Shown: piece after piece, positions 1-8,318 of the stretch
How the letters are laid out: every line of letters starts with the position of its first letter
How positions within the stretch are numbered: the first letter of the stretch is position 1
Assembly (NCBI GenBank): GCA_031409335.1
Contig: JANNWY010000294.1
Location: 1-18,603 of the forward strand
Direction of reading: 5' to 3'
From: Chthoniobacteraceae bacterium
GTDB taxonomy: Bacteria; Verrucomicrobiota; Verrucomicrobiia; Chthoniobacterales; Chthoniobacteraceae
DNA: 18,603 bases
Program-made: the position numbers and the translations under genes
The notes under the pieces: generated by a model
Seen by the model: only the letters and a program-made list of their open reading frames with translations
The model's database searches: none
What the model was told of the DNA's origin: nothing

Positions 1-137
1 TCCCGAGCAGGCCCCGCCCCGGATCACCGCCGCCGGCCAACTCGACCAATGAAAGCCCTGTAGTGCAGACTTTTCAGACACCTTCCTTGAAAATCAACGA
101 CTTACGCCTCAAAGATGCGCGAATCCGCCAAGTCGGG
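1..137 (+). mobile_element. Probable right end of an IS1634-family insertion sequence (transposase C-terminus 1-52 plus terminal region)
   Basis: Frame 2 reads PEQAPPRITAAGQLDQ* (stop 50-52), which resembles from memory the Pro-rich C-terminus of IS1634 transposases. It is followed by TGTAGTGCAGACTTT...AAATCAACGACTTAC...GCCAAGTCGGG. The convergent surface-protein ORF loses its beta-repeat composition at 137/138. The left end and target duplication lie outside the window. Confidence 0.6.
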
Positions 138-2341
138 CTAAGGGTCAGCGCGCCCAGTGTCTCAATTTGGTTGCCAGCATTGTTGAAGGCGAGGGTGCCG
201 CCGCCCAGCGCCACCGTCGCGCCATTATTGACCTGCTCGCCAGCAGCTCCCGAGAGCAGCAAGGTGCCACCGGTCACGCTCAGCGCGGTGGTGGCGCTAA
301 GGTTACCGCTGACTTCCAGCGTGCCGGCTTTTACCGCAGTCGACCCCGTGTAGCTGTTGCCATTGCTCAAGGTCAGTTTGCCCGTGCCGAGCTTTGTGAG
401 GCCGCGGGTTCCACCGCTGGCACCTGTGGTGTCGGCAATCACATCGCTGATGGTGAACGTGCCGCTTGAGGCATTGGTGGTGTCGAAACCGAGGGAAGAC
501 CCCGCGTTCATGCCGTTGGTGCTGCTGCTGCTGGCGGCCAGGTTGGTGAGCAGCGTGGTGACGTTGCCGGTGGTGAACTCGCCCGTGCCGCCGACATTGA
601 TGGCCAGCGTGGCTCCGTTCTTCACGTTGATGTTGGCTGCCGTCCAGTTGGCGGAAGTGTTGTTGTAAAGGGAAGCTGTTTTGGTGAATTGCAGCGTTCC
701 AGCATTCACCTGGGTGGTGCCAGTGTAGTTATTGTTGCCGGAGAACGTCTGGGTGCCGGTTCCGCTCTTGATGATGCCGAAAGCGCCAGTAATCGCGCTG
801 GAGAAGCTCGCGGTAGCATTGCCGTTGCCCAGATCCAGAAAGGACGTGGCTGCTGTTGAAGTGAAATTCTGGTTGTTGACCGTGCCACCACCCAGAGTGG
901 TATTTGACAATCCATTGATGATTCGGGTTCCACTCGTTGTGATCCCAACTGTAACAGTGCCGCGGGAATTCGCGACGAGATTGCCTTTGCCGGTTCCAGT
1001 TGGCATGTTTGCGACACCATACAGGATGCCATCATTAACGATGGTATCACCGGTATAGGTAAATGTGCCAGAGACCATGCTTAAGCCGCCGGTGCCATCC
1101 TTGATCAAGCTCACGCTGAGGCCGCCGTTGTCTGTCACGCCGCGGACAGTCGGTACAGCAAACCCGCTGTTATATTGCATCGTGGCAATATGCAGTTCGG
1201 AGGTCGCGGAGGTGAAGGTCATGTTCGCATTCCCTCCGTTGGTGGTATTGCTCGTGTCGGAGAACAGCAGGCCTCCGGAATTCAAGATGTAGGTGGTTGC
1301 ATTATTTCCAGAAACAGTTCCGGCTATAGCGCTTTCCAAGCTGTTCAACGTTTGGGTCGGGGTGCCGGCTCCATTAAACCAAGTCCCAGCGGTCGTGGCT
1401 TTATAGTTGGTAGTGCTGACAGTGTCTGCACCGAGGGCAGCGTTGACGACAGTCGCACCCGTGTAACGAACCACATTGTTCGAACCATCGAGGGTGGCAA
1501 AACCGTAAGTGGTGCCAGAATCTCTGACGGTAGCGTAGCCGCCGATGATCCCATTCGAGAGCGACGGAATTGTGCCTGTTAAGGTAAGGGTCTTTGCTAC
1601 TCCGCTAGCAATGGTGTCAATCAGGGCGCTCGAATTAGACGCCCTTGTCCAATTGGCGAGTGACAACGTCACCGAGTTCCCGCCACCGTTGGGGTTGAGG
1701 ACGATTCTGCTACCCCCGTTACCGAGCGTGAAGGTGCTCAGGGTTTGAGAATTGTTGCCGAAGGCTTCAAGTTGACTGCCGGAGAGATTGATGGCATTCG
1801 AGGAATTTACAGTATTCGGAGAAGCACCCAAGGTAATACGCATTGCTCCTTGGTTGACGGTAATTCCCCCGGTGATGCCCTTTACACCACCTCCACCATC
1901 CAGATTCACCGTGCCTGCACCCGTCTTTGTGAAGCCGTTTGTGCCGGTGAGATTTCCAAAGAAATTGGCGTTCTGTCCAGACGAGACAGAAACGAAGGGA
2001 TTCGTGCCATCCAGCTTAACTCCGCCGGAGCTGATCCCCCCGCTGACGCCGTTCCAGATGATGCCATTGGCGACAGGCGTTCCGCTGGTGCCGATATTCG
2101 CGTTAAGACCAGAATTGAACTGGGCAATGTTGTTCGGGCCATTCGTAGCATCCCAAGCATTTCCGGTGACTCCGGTCCATTCAGTGTTGGCAGTATCATT
2201 CCAGAATGTATCACCAAGATTGGTCCATATTCCGGTGGCAGCAAAGACTGAGGGCGCGGAAAATGACATTCCAGCGAGAGCCAGCAGGCGGGCGGTATTC
2301 CGGGTGAGGAAGGCTCGGGATGTGAGACGGTTTGTTTTCAC
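74..2341 (-). pseudogene. Autotransporter-associated beta-strand repeat (PATR) surface protein, copy A, C-terminally truncated by the IS-like element
   Basis: Signal peptide (RLLALAGMSFSAPSVFA), G/T/N/S-rich sequence and several PATR motifs (TKTGAGTVNL; IKSGTGTQTFSGNNNYTGTTQVNAGTL; TKLGTGKLTLSNGNSYTGSTAVKAGTL). Start placed at GTG 2341 by alignment with the starts of copies B and C; ATG 2350 is an alternative. It ends in an unrelated tail (PTWRIRASL...) and has no PEP-CTERM. Confidence 0.8.
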
Positions 2342-2435
2342 GGGGCGCATGGTGGTTTGGTTGCTGGGAAGGATCGTGGACTTGGGAGAACTGAATGCAG
2401 GCCAGTCGATACCGCGGTGGCCACCACGCTGTCTA

Positions 2436-2451
2436 TTATCCGACCGGATAA
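2436..2451. promoter_or_regulatory. Palindromic operator candidate TTATCCG-ac-CGGATAA upstream of copy A
   Basis: Perfect 7-2-7 inverted repeat 95 bp from the start. The same motif lies upstream of copies B and C. Confidence 0.65.
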
Positions 2452-2594
2452 ATCGGCATCGCTCGCAGAACGCTTTGTAAATGGCCTGCCGCTCAGCCCC
2501 GAGGAGCAGGAGGTTGAAGGCGGCGCCGTTCCCCAACGACGACGCCTCAGCAGTCCGAGTGGAAGCATGAAATCATCCGGCTCGTTCCCATCGA

Positions 2595-2677
2595 ACTGCA
2601 AGGAAACTGCTTTCGCGCCCGCCGCATCGGAAACGGTCAGAACGGGGACGGGCGTCGGGGAGTGAGGGCGGCTGGCT
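2595..2677 (+). repeat. 83-bp direct repeat X, copy 1
   Basis: Ungapped manual alignment to 7319-7401 with 7 mismatches. Confidence 0.9.
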
Positions 2678-2682
2678 TGGCC

Positions 2683-2781
2683 GTGGAGGATGCGCACCTG
2701 GGTCCGCGGGAGCAGCAAGTCCTCAAATTCCTCGTGGACGGTCTATCCTACAAAGAAATAGCCGGTGAACTCGGTATGACC
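2683..2781 (+). pseudogene. LuxR/NarL-family HTH domain fragment
   Basis: LGPREQQVLKFLVDGLSYKEIAGELGMT matches the LuxR consensus LTxRExEVLxLLxxGxSxKEIAxxLxIS. It stops before the recognition helix and has no receiver domain. Confidence 0.75.
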
Positions 2782-2801
2782 GGAACGGCTGAGGAAGAAC
2801 G

Positions 2802-3524
2802 TCACCGCACTGTGATCAGTCGGTCCTCCTTGGGGTTCGCTTCCAGGTAGATGTCTTTATATTCGGACGCTCCGCCAGCGTGACGGAACAGGCCGATGGG
2901 GCCTGCGATGATGCGTTTCTCCGGGTCTTGGCGCTCGCTGGGCGTGGGATGCGTGTAGCGCGCCAACTCGATCCCATCCACCGCCGCACGCATGGTGCCT
3001 TTCTCCAGATTGCAGAGAATCTCCGTCGTGCACCATTTCGTGGAATCCTTCGAGCCTTCCGCGACTCTTTGGACCGGCAAGTAGCGGTGCTGGGGGGGAT
3101 GATAGTCCCACGTCCCGCCAAACGGCGGCATGAACTGGATCCAGCCGGCGTTGTCGATCTTGGGCTGCGCGGGATCCTTCGGACGATCGCCCCAAAACAG
3201 AACGCCCAAGTGATCGTCGTTCACCGGGTTCATCCGCGCCGTGAAGATGAGTCGAAAGCTGCCATAGTCCGCCTTGGTGTAGGCCAGTCGCGATGTGCCG
3301 ATGCCGGGCACCCCGCGCATCGCGCCGTTCGTGATGCTCCAGGTCAAGGGGTCCGCTTCCCAGCCGTCGAAATTCTCTCCGTTAAAGATCTTCACGCAGC
3401 CCGGATAAAGACTCGGCTGGGCATTGCTGGTTGGAGTCGTTTGCTGTCCCTTGGAAGGACGCGCGAAAATGCACGCGAGCGCTGCCAAGGCAAGAACGCT
3501 GAATTGTATGGGTTTTGTGGTCAT
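2802..3524 (-). CDS. DUF1080 (3-keto-disaccharide hydrolase-like) secreted protein
   Basis: Signal peptide after MTTKPIQF, IFNGENFDGW motif, YTKADYGSFRL and C-terminal GPIGL...EYKDI, all typical of DUF1080. Start trimmed to ATG 3524. Confidence 0.8.
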   Translation of the reverse strand: MTTKPIQFSVLALAALACIFARPSKGQQTTPTSNAQPSLYPGCVKIFNGENFDGWEADPLTWSITNGAMRGVPGIGTSRLAYTKADYGSFRLIFTARMNPVNDDHLGVLFWGDRPKDPAQPKIDNAGWIQFMPPFGGTWDYHPPQHRYLPVQRVAEGSKDSTKWCTTEILCNLEKGTMRAAVDGIELARYTHPTPSERQDPEKRIIAGPIGLFRHAGGASEYKDIYLEANPKEDRLITVR

Positions 3525-3570
3525 GTGAAAAAGGAAACTAGATTGGCAGTGGCAGCGGGGAGTTGGTCGG

Positions 3571-4926
3571 CTATACGTTGCCCAGGACACCGGTTGAGTC
3601 CCCGAAGCGCTCAGCCGGAACGCCCATGATTTGGAGCATCCGCATATAGAGGTTGGTCATCGGAGTTGGGCTCACCTCGAGATGTCGTCCTGGGGTTAGT
3701 TCTCCGCCAGCCCGACCGGCCAGGATCACCGGGAGATTGTCGTGGGAGTGTTTGTCGCCATCGGCCAAGCCGCTGCAATAGACCACCATCGAGTTGTCTA
3801 ACAGTGAGCTTGAGCCGTCCTGTGTTTCGCGCATCCGTTGTAAAAAATAGGCGAATTGGGAAGTGTAGAACTGATCGATCTGAGCGATCTTGGCGAGGGA
3901 CTCGGCTTTTTGCTGATGGTGGGAAAGATTATGATGGCCGTCGGAGACTCCGATCTCGTTGAAGCTGCGATTACCGCCATCATGGGCCAGCATGAAGGTG
4001 GAAATTCTGGTGCTGTCGGTTTGAAAAGCCAATATCTGCATATCCATCATCAAGCGGATGTGCTCCTGATAGCTGGTGGGGATTCCCTCCGGGCTTCCCC
4101 TCCCTGGGTCCGGCAGTGGCCCAAATTGCTCGGCCTTCTGGATCCTGGTTTCAATCTCCCTCACCCCGGTCAGATACTCGTCCAGTTTGTTCTGATCATT
4201 GCGCCCCATTTCCTTCCTCAGCATTTTGGCTTCTTCCATGGCAAAGTCCAAAATGGATTTTTGCTGGACCTGCCGGAGATGAGCGCTGAGCTGGCGTTCG
4301 GAACTTTTCCCGCTGCCAAAGAGTCGTTCAAAAACGAGGCGGGGATTGGTCTCCGGGGCGACCGGCAAAGTCTCTGAACGCCAGGAGAGATTGTATTGAT
4401 AAGCGCAGGAGTAACCTGCGTCGCAAGAGGCAGACTTGCGTCCGGAATCACAGGAGAGTTCGAGCGAGGCGAAGCGGGTTTGCGAGCCGACATGCTGAGC
4501 GGCCAACTGATCGATTGAGATGCCGAGGCGGATATCTGAGCCGGCGGTCTTTTTTGGGCGGACGCCGGTGAGGATGGTGGCACTGGCGCGGGCGTGATCG
4601 CCGCCGCCATCGGTGCCCGGCTTGCCATTGGCGTGAGCCAATCCGCTGAGGAATTGGAGGTGTTCACGAAAATGCATCAGGCTAGCGGTGCTCTGGTTCA
4701 ACTGATAATTGGAGCCCCCGCCGATCGGTCGCCAGCAGGCCTCATTGACTCCGTTAGGGACGTATAAGAAAGCCATGCGCAAGGGGCGCCCATCCTTGGT
4801 TACGGCCAGTTTTGATGCATCCGCCGCCAGCAGCTTTTGCATGGGCGAGAGCGATTCCAAAAACGGCAAGCCGAGGCTAACGCCCAAACCACGGAGGAAA
4901 TGTCTGCGAGGAATCAAGTGTTTCAT
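3571..4926 (-). CDS. DUF1552 (HXXSHH) domain protein with Tat-like N-terminus
   Basis: RRHFLRGLGVSLGLPFLES, FLYVPNG, GYSCAYQYNLSW, NPRLVFERLFG and the HNLSHH motif. Lies downstream of a DUF1592 gene, as is usual. Confidence 0.92.
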   Translation of the reverse strand: MKHLIPRRHFLRGLGVSLGLPFLESLSPMQKLLAADASKLAVTKDGRPLRMAFLYVPNGVNEACWRPIGGGSNYQLNQSTASLMHFREHLQFLSGLAHANGKPGTDGGGDHARASATILTGVRPKKTAGSDIRLGISIDQLAAQHVGSQTRFASLELSCDSGRKSASCDAGYSCAYQYNLSWRSETLPVAPETNPRLVFERLFGSGKSSERQLSAHLRQVQQKSILDFAMEEAKMLRKEMGRNDQNKLDEYLTGVREIETRIQKAEQFGPLPDPGRGSPEGIPTSYQEHIRLMMDMQILAFQTDSTRISTFMLAHDGGNRSFNEIGVSDGHHNLSHHQQKAESLAKIAQIDQFYTSQFAYFLQRMRETQDGSSSLLDNSMVVYCSGLADGDKHSHDNLPVILAGRAGGELTPGRHLEVSPTPMTNLYMRMLQIMGVPAERFGDSTGVLGNV

Positions 4927-4934
4927 AAAATAGG

Positions 4935-7307
4935 CTATTTGGTGGTGACGTGACTTGAACCATCGCCCCGCCGCTTCTGAAAGGGGGCGCTCTCAACGAT
5001 TTGATAGATGAGCGCACGCAGCGTTGGCTGCTCGACTTTGAATCCGCTCACGACTTTCCCCACCGTCGCGGTGTCGTAATATTCCAAACCGCGGCCGATC
5101 GCATAGGTGAGCATCTTTTCAGAGAGGCACCGGAAAAAGTCCTCTTTTCGGCTCGTCACCAAGATCTGCGACAGCTCAGTCACATTGGCAAATTTCTCGC
5201 CCGTGATCAGCTGCCCGCTTGTGTCGATCGGTTTGTCATTCGTTGTCTTCCGGAGTGTCCCTCCATAGGTAAATTGCTCCAGAGCCAAGCCCAGCGGATC
5301 CATGCGTGCATGACACGAGGCGCATAAGGTGTCCTTGCGATGCTGCTCCATCAGGTCCCTCATGGTCAAATTGCCCGCTTGTTTTTCTGTTTCCGGCAAT
5401 ACCGGCACATTCGGCGGCGCGGGCGGTGCGGGGGAGCCCAGGATGTTATCCAGAATAAACAAACCCCGCTTGACCGGCGAGGTGCGGGTCGGATTCGAAG
5501 TCACCATTAAGGTGGAGCCGTGAGTCAAAACCCCGGCACGCCGCGGACTATCCGCCGCCAGCGTCACCTTGCGCATCTGATCGCCCTTCACTCCGGGGAT
5601 TCCATAATAGTCCGCCAGCACCTCGTTTAAGTAGGTGTAGTCCGCGTTCAGCAGCTCCAGCACTGGCCGGTTCTCTGCGAGGATCTGCGCGAAGAGCATC
5701 TCGGTCTCTTTGCGCATCGAGGCCCGCACTTGGGGATAATTTATACCCGACTCGCCAAAGAGCCGATATAGGTTGACGTTGACCCCCTCGACATCGCGCG
5801 TCTGCAACCATTGTCCCACAAAATTCTCCACCAAACGTTCTGAGCGGGGATCGGCCAGCATTCTATCCACTTGGGAACGTAGATTGGTGCGTAATTTTCC
5901 CTGCGCAGCCAAGCGGTCCAGTTCCGGGTCCGGAAGCGAACTCCACAAAAAGTAGGAAAGCCGGGAGGCGAGAGCGAATTCATCGATCTCGACGACTTTA
6001 GCTGGGTTGTTCGGTTCGGCTTGGATTTCTGCGCGGAACAGAAAGCGCGGTGAAATGAGGATGGCACAAAGGGCATGGTTGATACCGTGCTCAAAATTTC
6101 CGTTACTGGCAGTTTCCGCCGTCTGCGCCAGCTGGATCAGACGCTCCAGCGTGGGAAGATCCACCGGGCGGCGGAAGGCCTTGGAAGCCAGCCCAGCCAA
6201 GATCTTGCGGCGATAAGCCTCCTTCTCCGAGGCCTCCCCCTTCGGTGGCCCATCGCTAAAGACCCGGTAGTATGGCTCCGAATACTCAAGATAACTCCGG
6301 TCCAGTGGACCGTAGAGCTCCACTTTTGAGACATTGAGCGCCAGCGGTTCTTGATTCTCAAGCGGCGGATTGCCTGGGCTTAAAACCAGCGCCAGGGTCT
6401 GCTCACCCACTGTCAAATCCGCCTCGCTGACCCACTGATGATTGTTGTTGAACTTCCAACCCAGCTCTTGATTCGCAATCGGTTTTTCTCCGACCAACAA
6501 ATTCAGTCTGGCAGTATTCGCGGTCGTCTTTGGCGAGCCTTGCGTCGACATCGTCACGGTGATCCGGTAGCGCCCGGGATGCATGATGGGCTGCGACTGC
6601 ACTGCTTTGACCTCCTTGGCAAACGGCAGCCAGCGGGCATTCTGGCTTTTGTCCGGGCTTACCAGAAACCTTTCCCCCGCCAAAAACAGGGTCGGGATCC
6701 GTGACCCAAAATCCTGGGTAAATTGTTCGACGATCTTTTGGCCTGCTTCGAGGTATTTCTCCATCAAGATAGGAGAAAGAGTCAATACGTCGCCGATGGT
6801 GTCGAAGCCATAACCGGTATCGTCCGGCGGAAACGCTTCATCGGTTTCAAACTTCACGCCCAACAGATCGAAGATCGTATTTTGATATTCCCTGCGGTTG
6901 AGGCGCCGAGTCGTGACGCGACCTGGGTCCGGGTTTTCTGGATCCACTCGAAAGACTGCCCTTTCGATCCAGCGAAGGATCAGTTGCCGGTCTTCTTCGC
7001 TTGGTTGTGCTTCGTCTGCCGGTGGCATGATCTGCGTCTTCAGATTTTTCCAAACCGAAAACCAATGGTCGACGTCCTTGAGTTCGGCATCCCGTGCTTG
7101 AAGTTTATCAAGCGCAAACCCGCCTTTTTTCATGCCTTCCCCGTGGCAGTCGTAACAGACGTCCTCTAGAATCGTAACGATCTTTTCTTGGTAGAAATCT
7201 TCCGCCGCGATGCTTCCGACGGCGAGCAAATACACAAAAAGGCAGAGGAAAAGCGAGCCAAGGTCGCGTCGAACGTTCCAACTTGATCTGGAGGGCAATT
7301 CACACAT
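4935..7307 (-). CDS. Planctomycete-type cytochrome c / DUF1587-DUF1595-DUF1592-DUF1588-DUF1585 protein
   Basis: CxxCH motifs (CYDCH, CASCH), RRLNRREYQNTIFDLLGV, ASRLSYFLWSSLPD, NFVGQWL, TSPVKRG and KMLTYAIGRGL. Confidence 0.92.
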   Translation of the reverse strand: MCELPSRSSWNVRRDLGSLFLCLFVYLLAVGSIAAEDFYQEKIVTILEDVCYDCHGEGMKKGGFALDKLQARDAELKDVDHWFSVWKNLKTQIMPPADEAQPSEEDRQLILRWIERAVFRVDPENPDPGRVTTRRLNRREYQNTIFDLLGVKFETDEAFPPDDTGYGFDTIGDVLTLSPILMEKYLEAGQKIVEQFTQDFGSRIPTLFLAGERFLVSPDKSQNARWLPFAKEVKAVQSQPIMHPGRYRITVTMSTQGSPKTTANTARLNLLVGEKPIANQELGWKFNNNHQWVSEADLTVGEQTLALVLSPGNPPLENQEPLALNVSKVELYGPLDRSYLEYSEPYYRVFSDGPPKGEASEKEAYRRKILAGLASKAFRRPVDLPTLERLIQLAQTAETASNGNFEHGINHALCAILISPRFLFRAEIQAEPNNPAKVVEIDEFALASRLSYFLWSSLPDPELDRLAAQGKLRTNLRSQVDRMLADPRSERLVENFVGQWLQTRDVEGVNVNLYRLFGESGINYPQVRASMRKETEMLFAQILAENRPVLELLNADYTYLNEVLADYYGIPGVKGDQMRKVTLAADSPRRAGVLTHGSTLMVTSNPTRTSPVKRGLFILDNILGSPAPPAPPNVPVLPETEKQAGNLTMRDLMEQHRKDTLCASCHARMDPLGLALEQFTYGGTLRKTTNDKPIDTSGQLITGEKFANVTELSQILVTSRKEDFFRCLSEKMLTYAIGRGLEYYDTATVGKVVSGFKVEQPTLRALIYQIVESAPFQKRRGDGSSHVTTK

Positions 7308-7318
7308 TTATTGCTAAG

Positions 7319-7401
7319 ACTGGAAGGAAATTGCTTTCGCGCCCGCCGCATCGGAAACGGTCAGAACGGGGGCGGGCTTCGGGGAGTGAGGGGGTCTGGT
7401 T
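7319..7401 (+). repeat. 83-bp direct repeat X, copy 2
   Basis: Matches 2595-2677 and directly abuts the truncation point of copy B. Confidence 0.9.
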
Positions 7402-7993
7402 GAACACTTCAAGTGTTACTGCCGGCGAGATTGAGGGTATTCGAGGAATTCGCAACATTCGGCGAACCACCCAAGGTAAGACGCAATCCTCCTTGGCTGA
7501 CGGTAAATCCCCCGGTGATGCCCTTGACACCATCCCCACCATCCAGATTCACCGTGCCTGCACCCGTCTTTGTGAAGCCGTTTGTGCCCGTAAGACTTCC
7601 AAAGAAACTGGCGTTCTGTCCGGACGAGACAGAAACGAAGGGATTGGCACCATCCAGCTTAACTCCGCCGGAGCTAATTCCCCCGCTGACGCCGTTCCAG
7701 ATGATGCCATTGACGACAGGAATTCCGCTGGTGCCGATATTCGCGTTAATACCGGAGTTGAATTGGGCAACGTTGTTCGGGCCATTCGTAGCGTCACAAG
7801 CATTTCCGGTGACACCGGTCCACTCAGTGTTAGCGGTTGCGTCCCAAAAGCCATCGCCGCCACCAACAGTGCCATTCCATATCCCGGTGGCAGCGAAGAG
7901 TGAGGGCGCGGAAAACGACATTCCAGCGAGGGCCAGCAGGCGGGCGGTATTCCGGGTGAGGAAGGCTCGGGATGTGAGACGGTTTGTTTCCAT
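7402..7993 (-). pseudogene. Truncated paralog (copy B) of the PATR surface protein, N-terminal ~194 aa only
   Basis: METNRLTSRAFL...LNLAGSN aligns to copies A and C. One extra base near 7413 relative to C causes a stop at 7409-7411, and homology ends at 7402. Confidence 0.85.
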
Positions 7994-8246
7994 GGGGCGC
8001 ACGGTGGTTTGGTTGCTGTGAAGGATCGTGGACTTGGGAGAACTGAATGCAGGCCAGTCGATACCGCGGTGGCCACCACGCTGTCTATTATCCGGCCGGA
8101 TAAATCGGCATTGCTCGCAGAACGCTTTGTAAATGGCCTGCCGCCCAGCCCCGAGGTGCAGGGGGTTGAAGGCGGCGCCGTTCCCCAACGACGCCGCCTC
8201 CGCAGTCCGAGCGGAAGCATGAAATCATCCGGCCCGTTCCCATCGA
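7994..8246 (+). repeat. 253-bp duplicate of the copy-A upstream region (2342-2594)
   Basis: Collinear at a constant offset of 5652 with scattered substitutions; homology ends at ...CCCATCGA. Confidence 0.9.
8088..8103. promoter_or_regulatory. Palindromic operator candidate TTATCCGGCCGGATAA upstream of copy B
   Basis: Perfect 16-bp palindrome 95 bp from ATG 7993. Confidence 0.6.
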
Positions 8247-8281
8247 CCCGGAACCCGCCCTCAGCCACTCCCCGGGTCGTA

Positions 8282-8313
8282 TTTCCCAAGCCCCCGTCAA
8301 GAAACTTGGGAAA
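8282..8313. terminator. Inverted repeat immediately downstream of copy C (possible terminator or processing stem)
   Basis: TTTCCCAAG-N14-CTTGGGAAA, 5 bp past the stop codon. No clear U-tract on the minus strand. Confidence 0.3.
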
Positions 8314-8318
8314 AGTGT

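Noticed and set aside
68..86. GGAAGGTGTCTGAAAAGTC (minus strand) resembling an IS5/IS1182 terminal repeat
   Set aside because: The disruption point of copy A is at 137/138, not 86, and no partner repeat is visible. It is better explained as internal to the IS1634-like end.
2342..2536. N-terminal extensions of ORFs 74..2536 and 7409..8188
   Set aside because: They precede the signal peptide, cross the operator palindrome and are absent from copy C.
2452..2660. Possible gene relic on the minus strand (VLTVSDAAGAKAVSLQFDGNEPDDFMLPLGLL...AFNLLLLGAERQAIY)
   Set aside because: It needs a frameshift and I recognise no family, so it cannot be supported.
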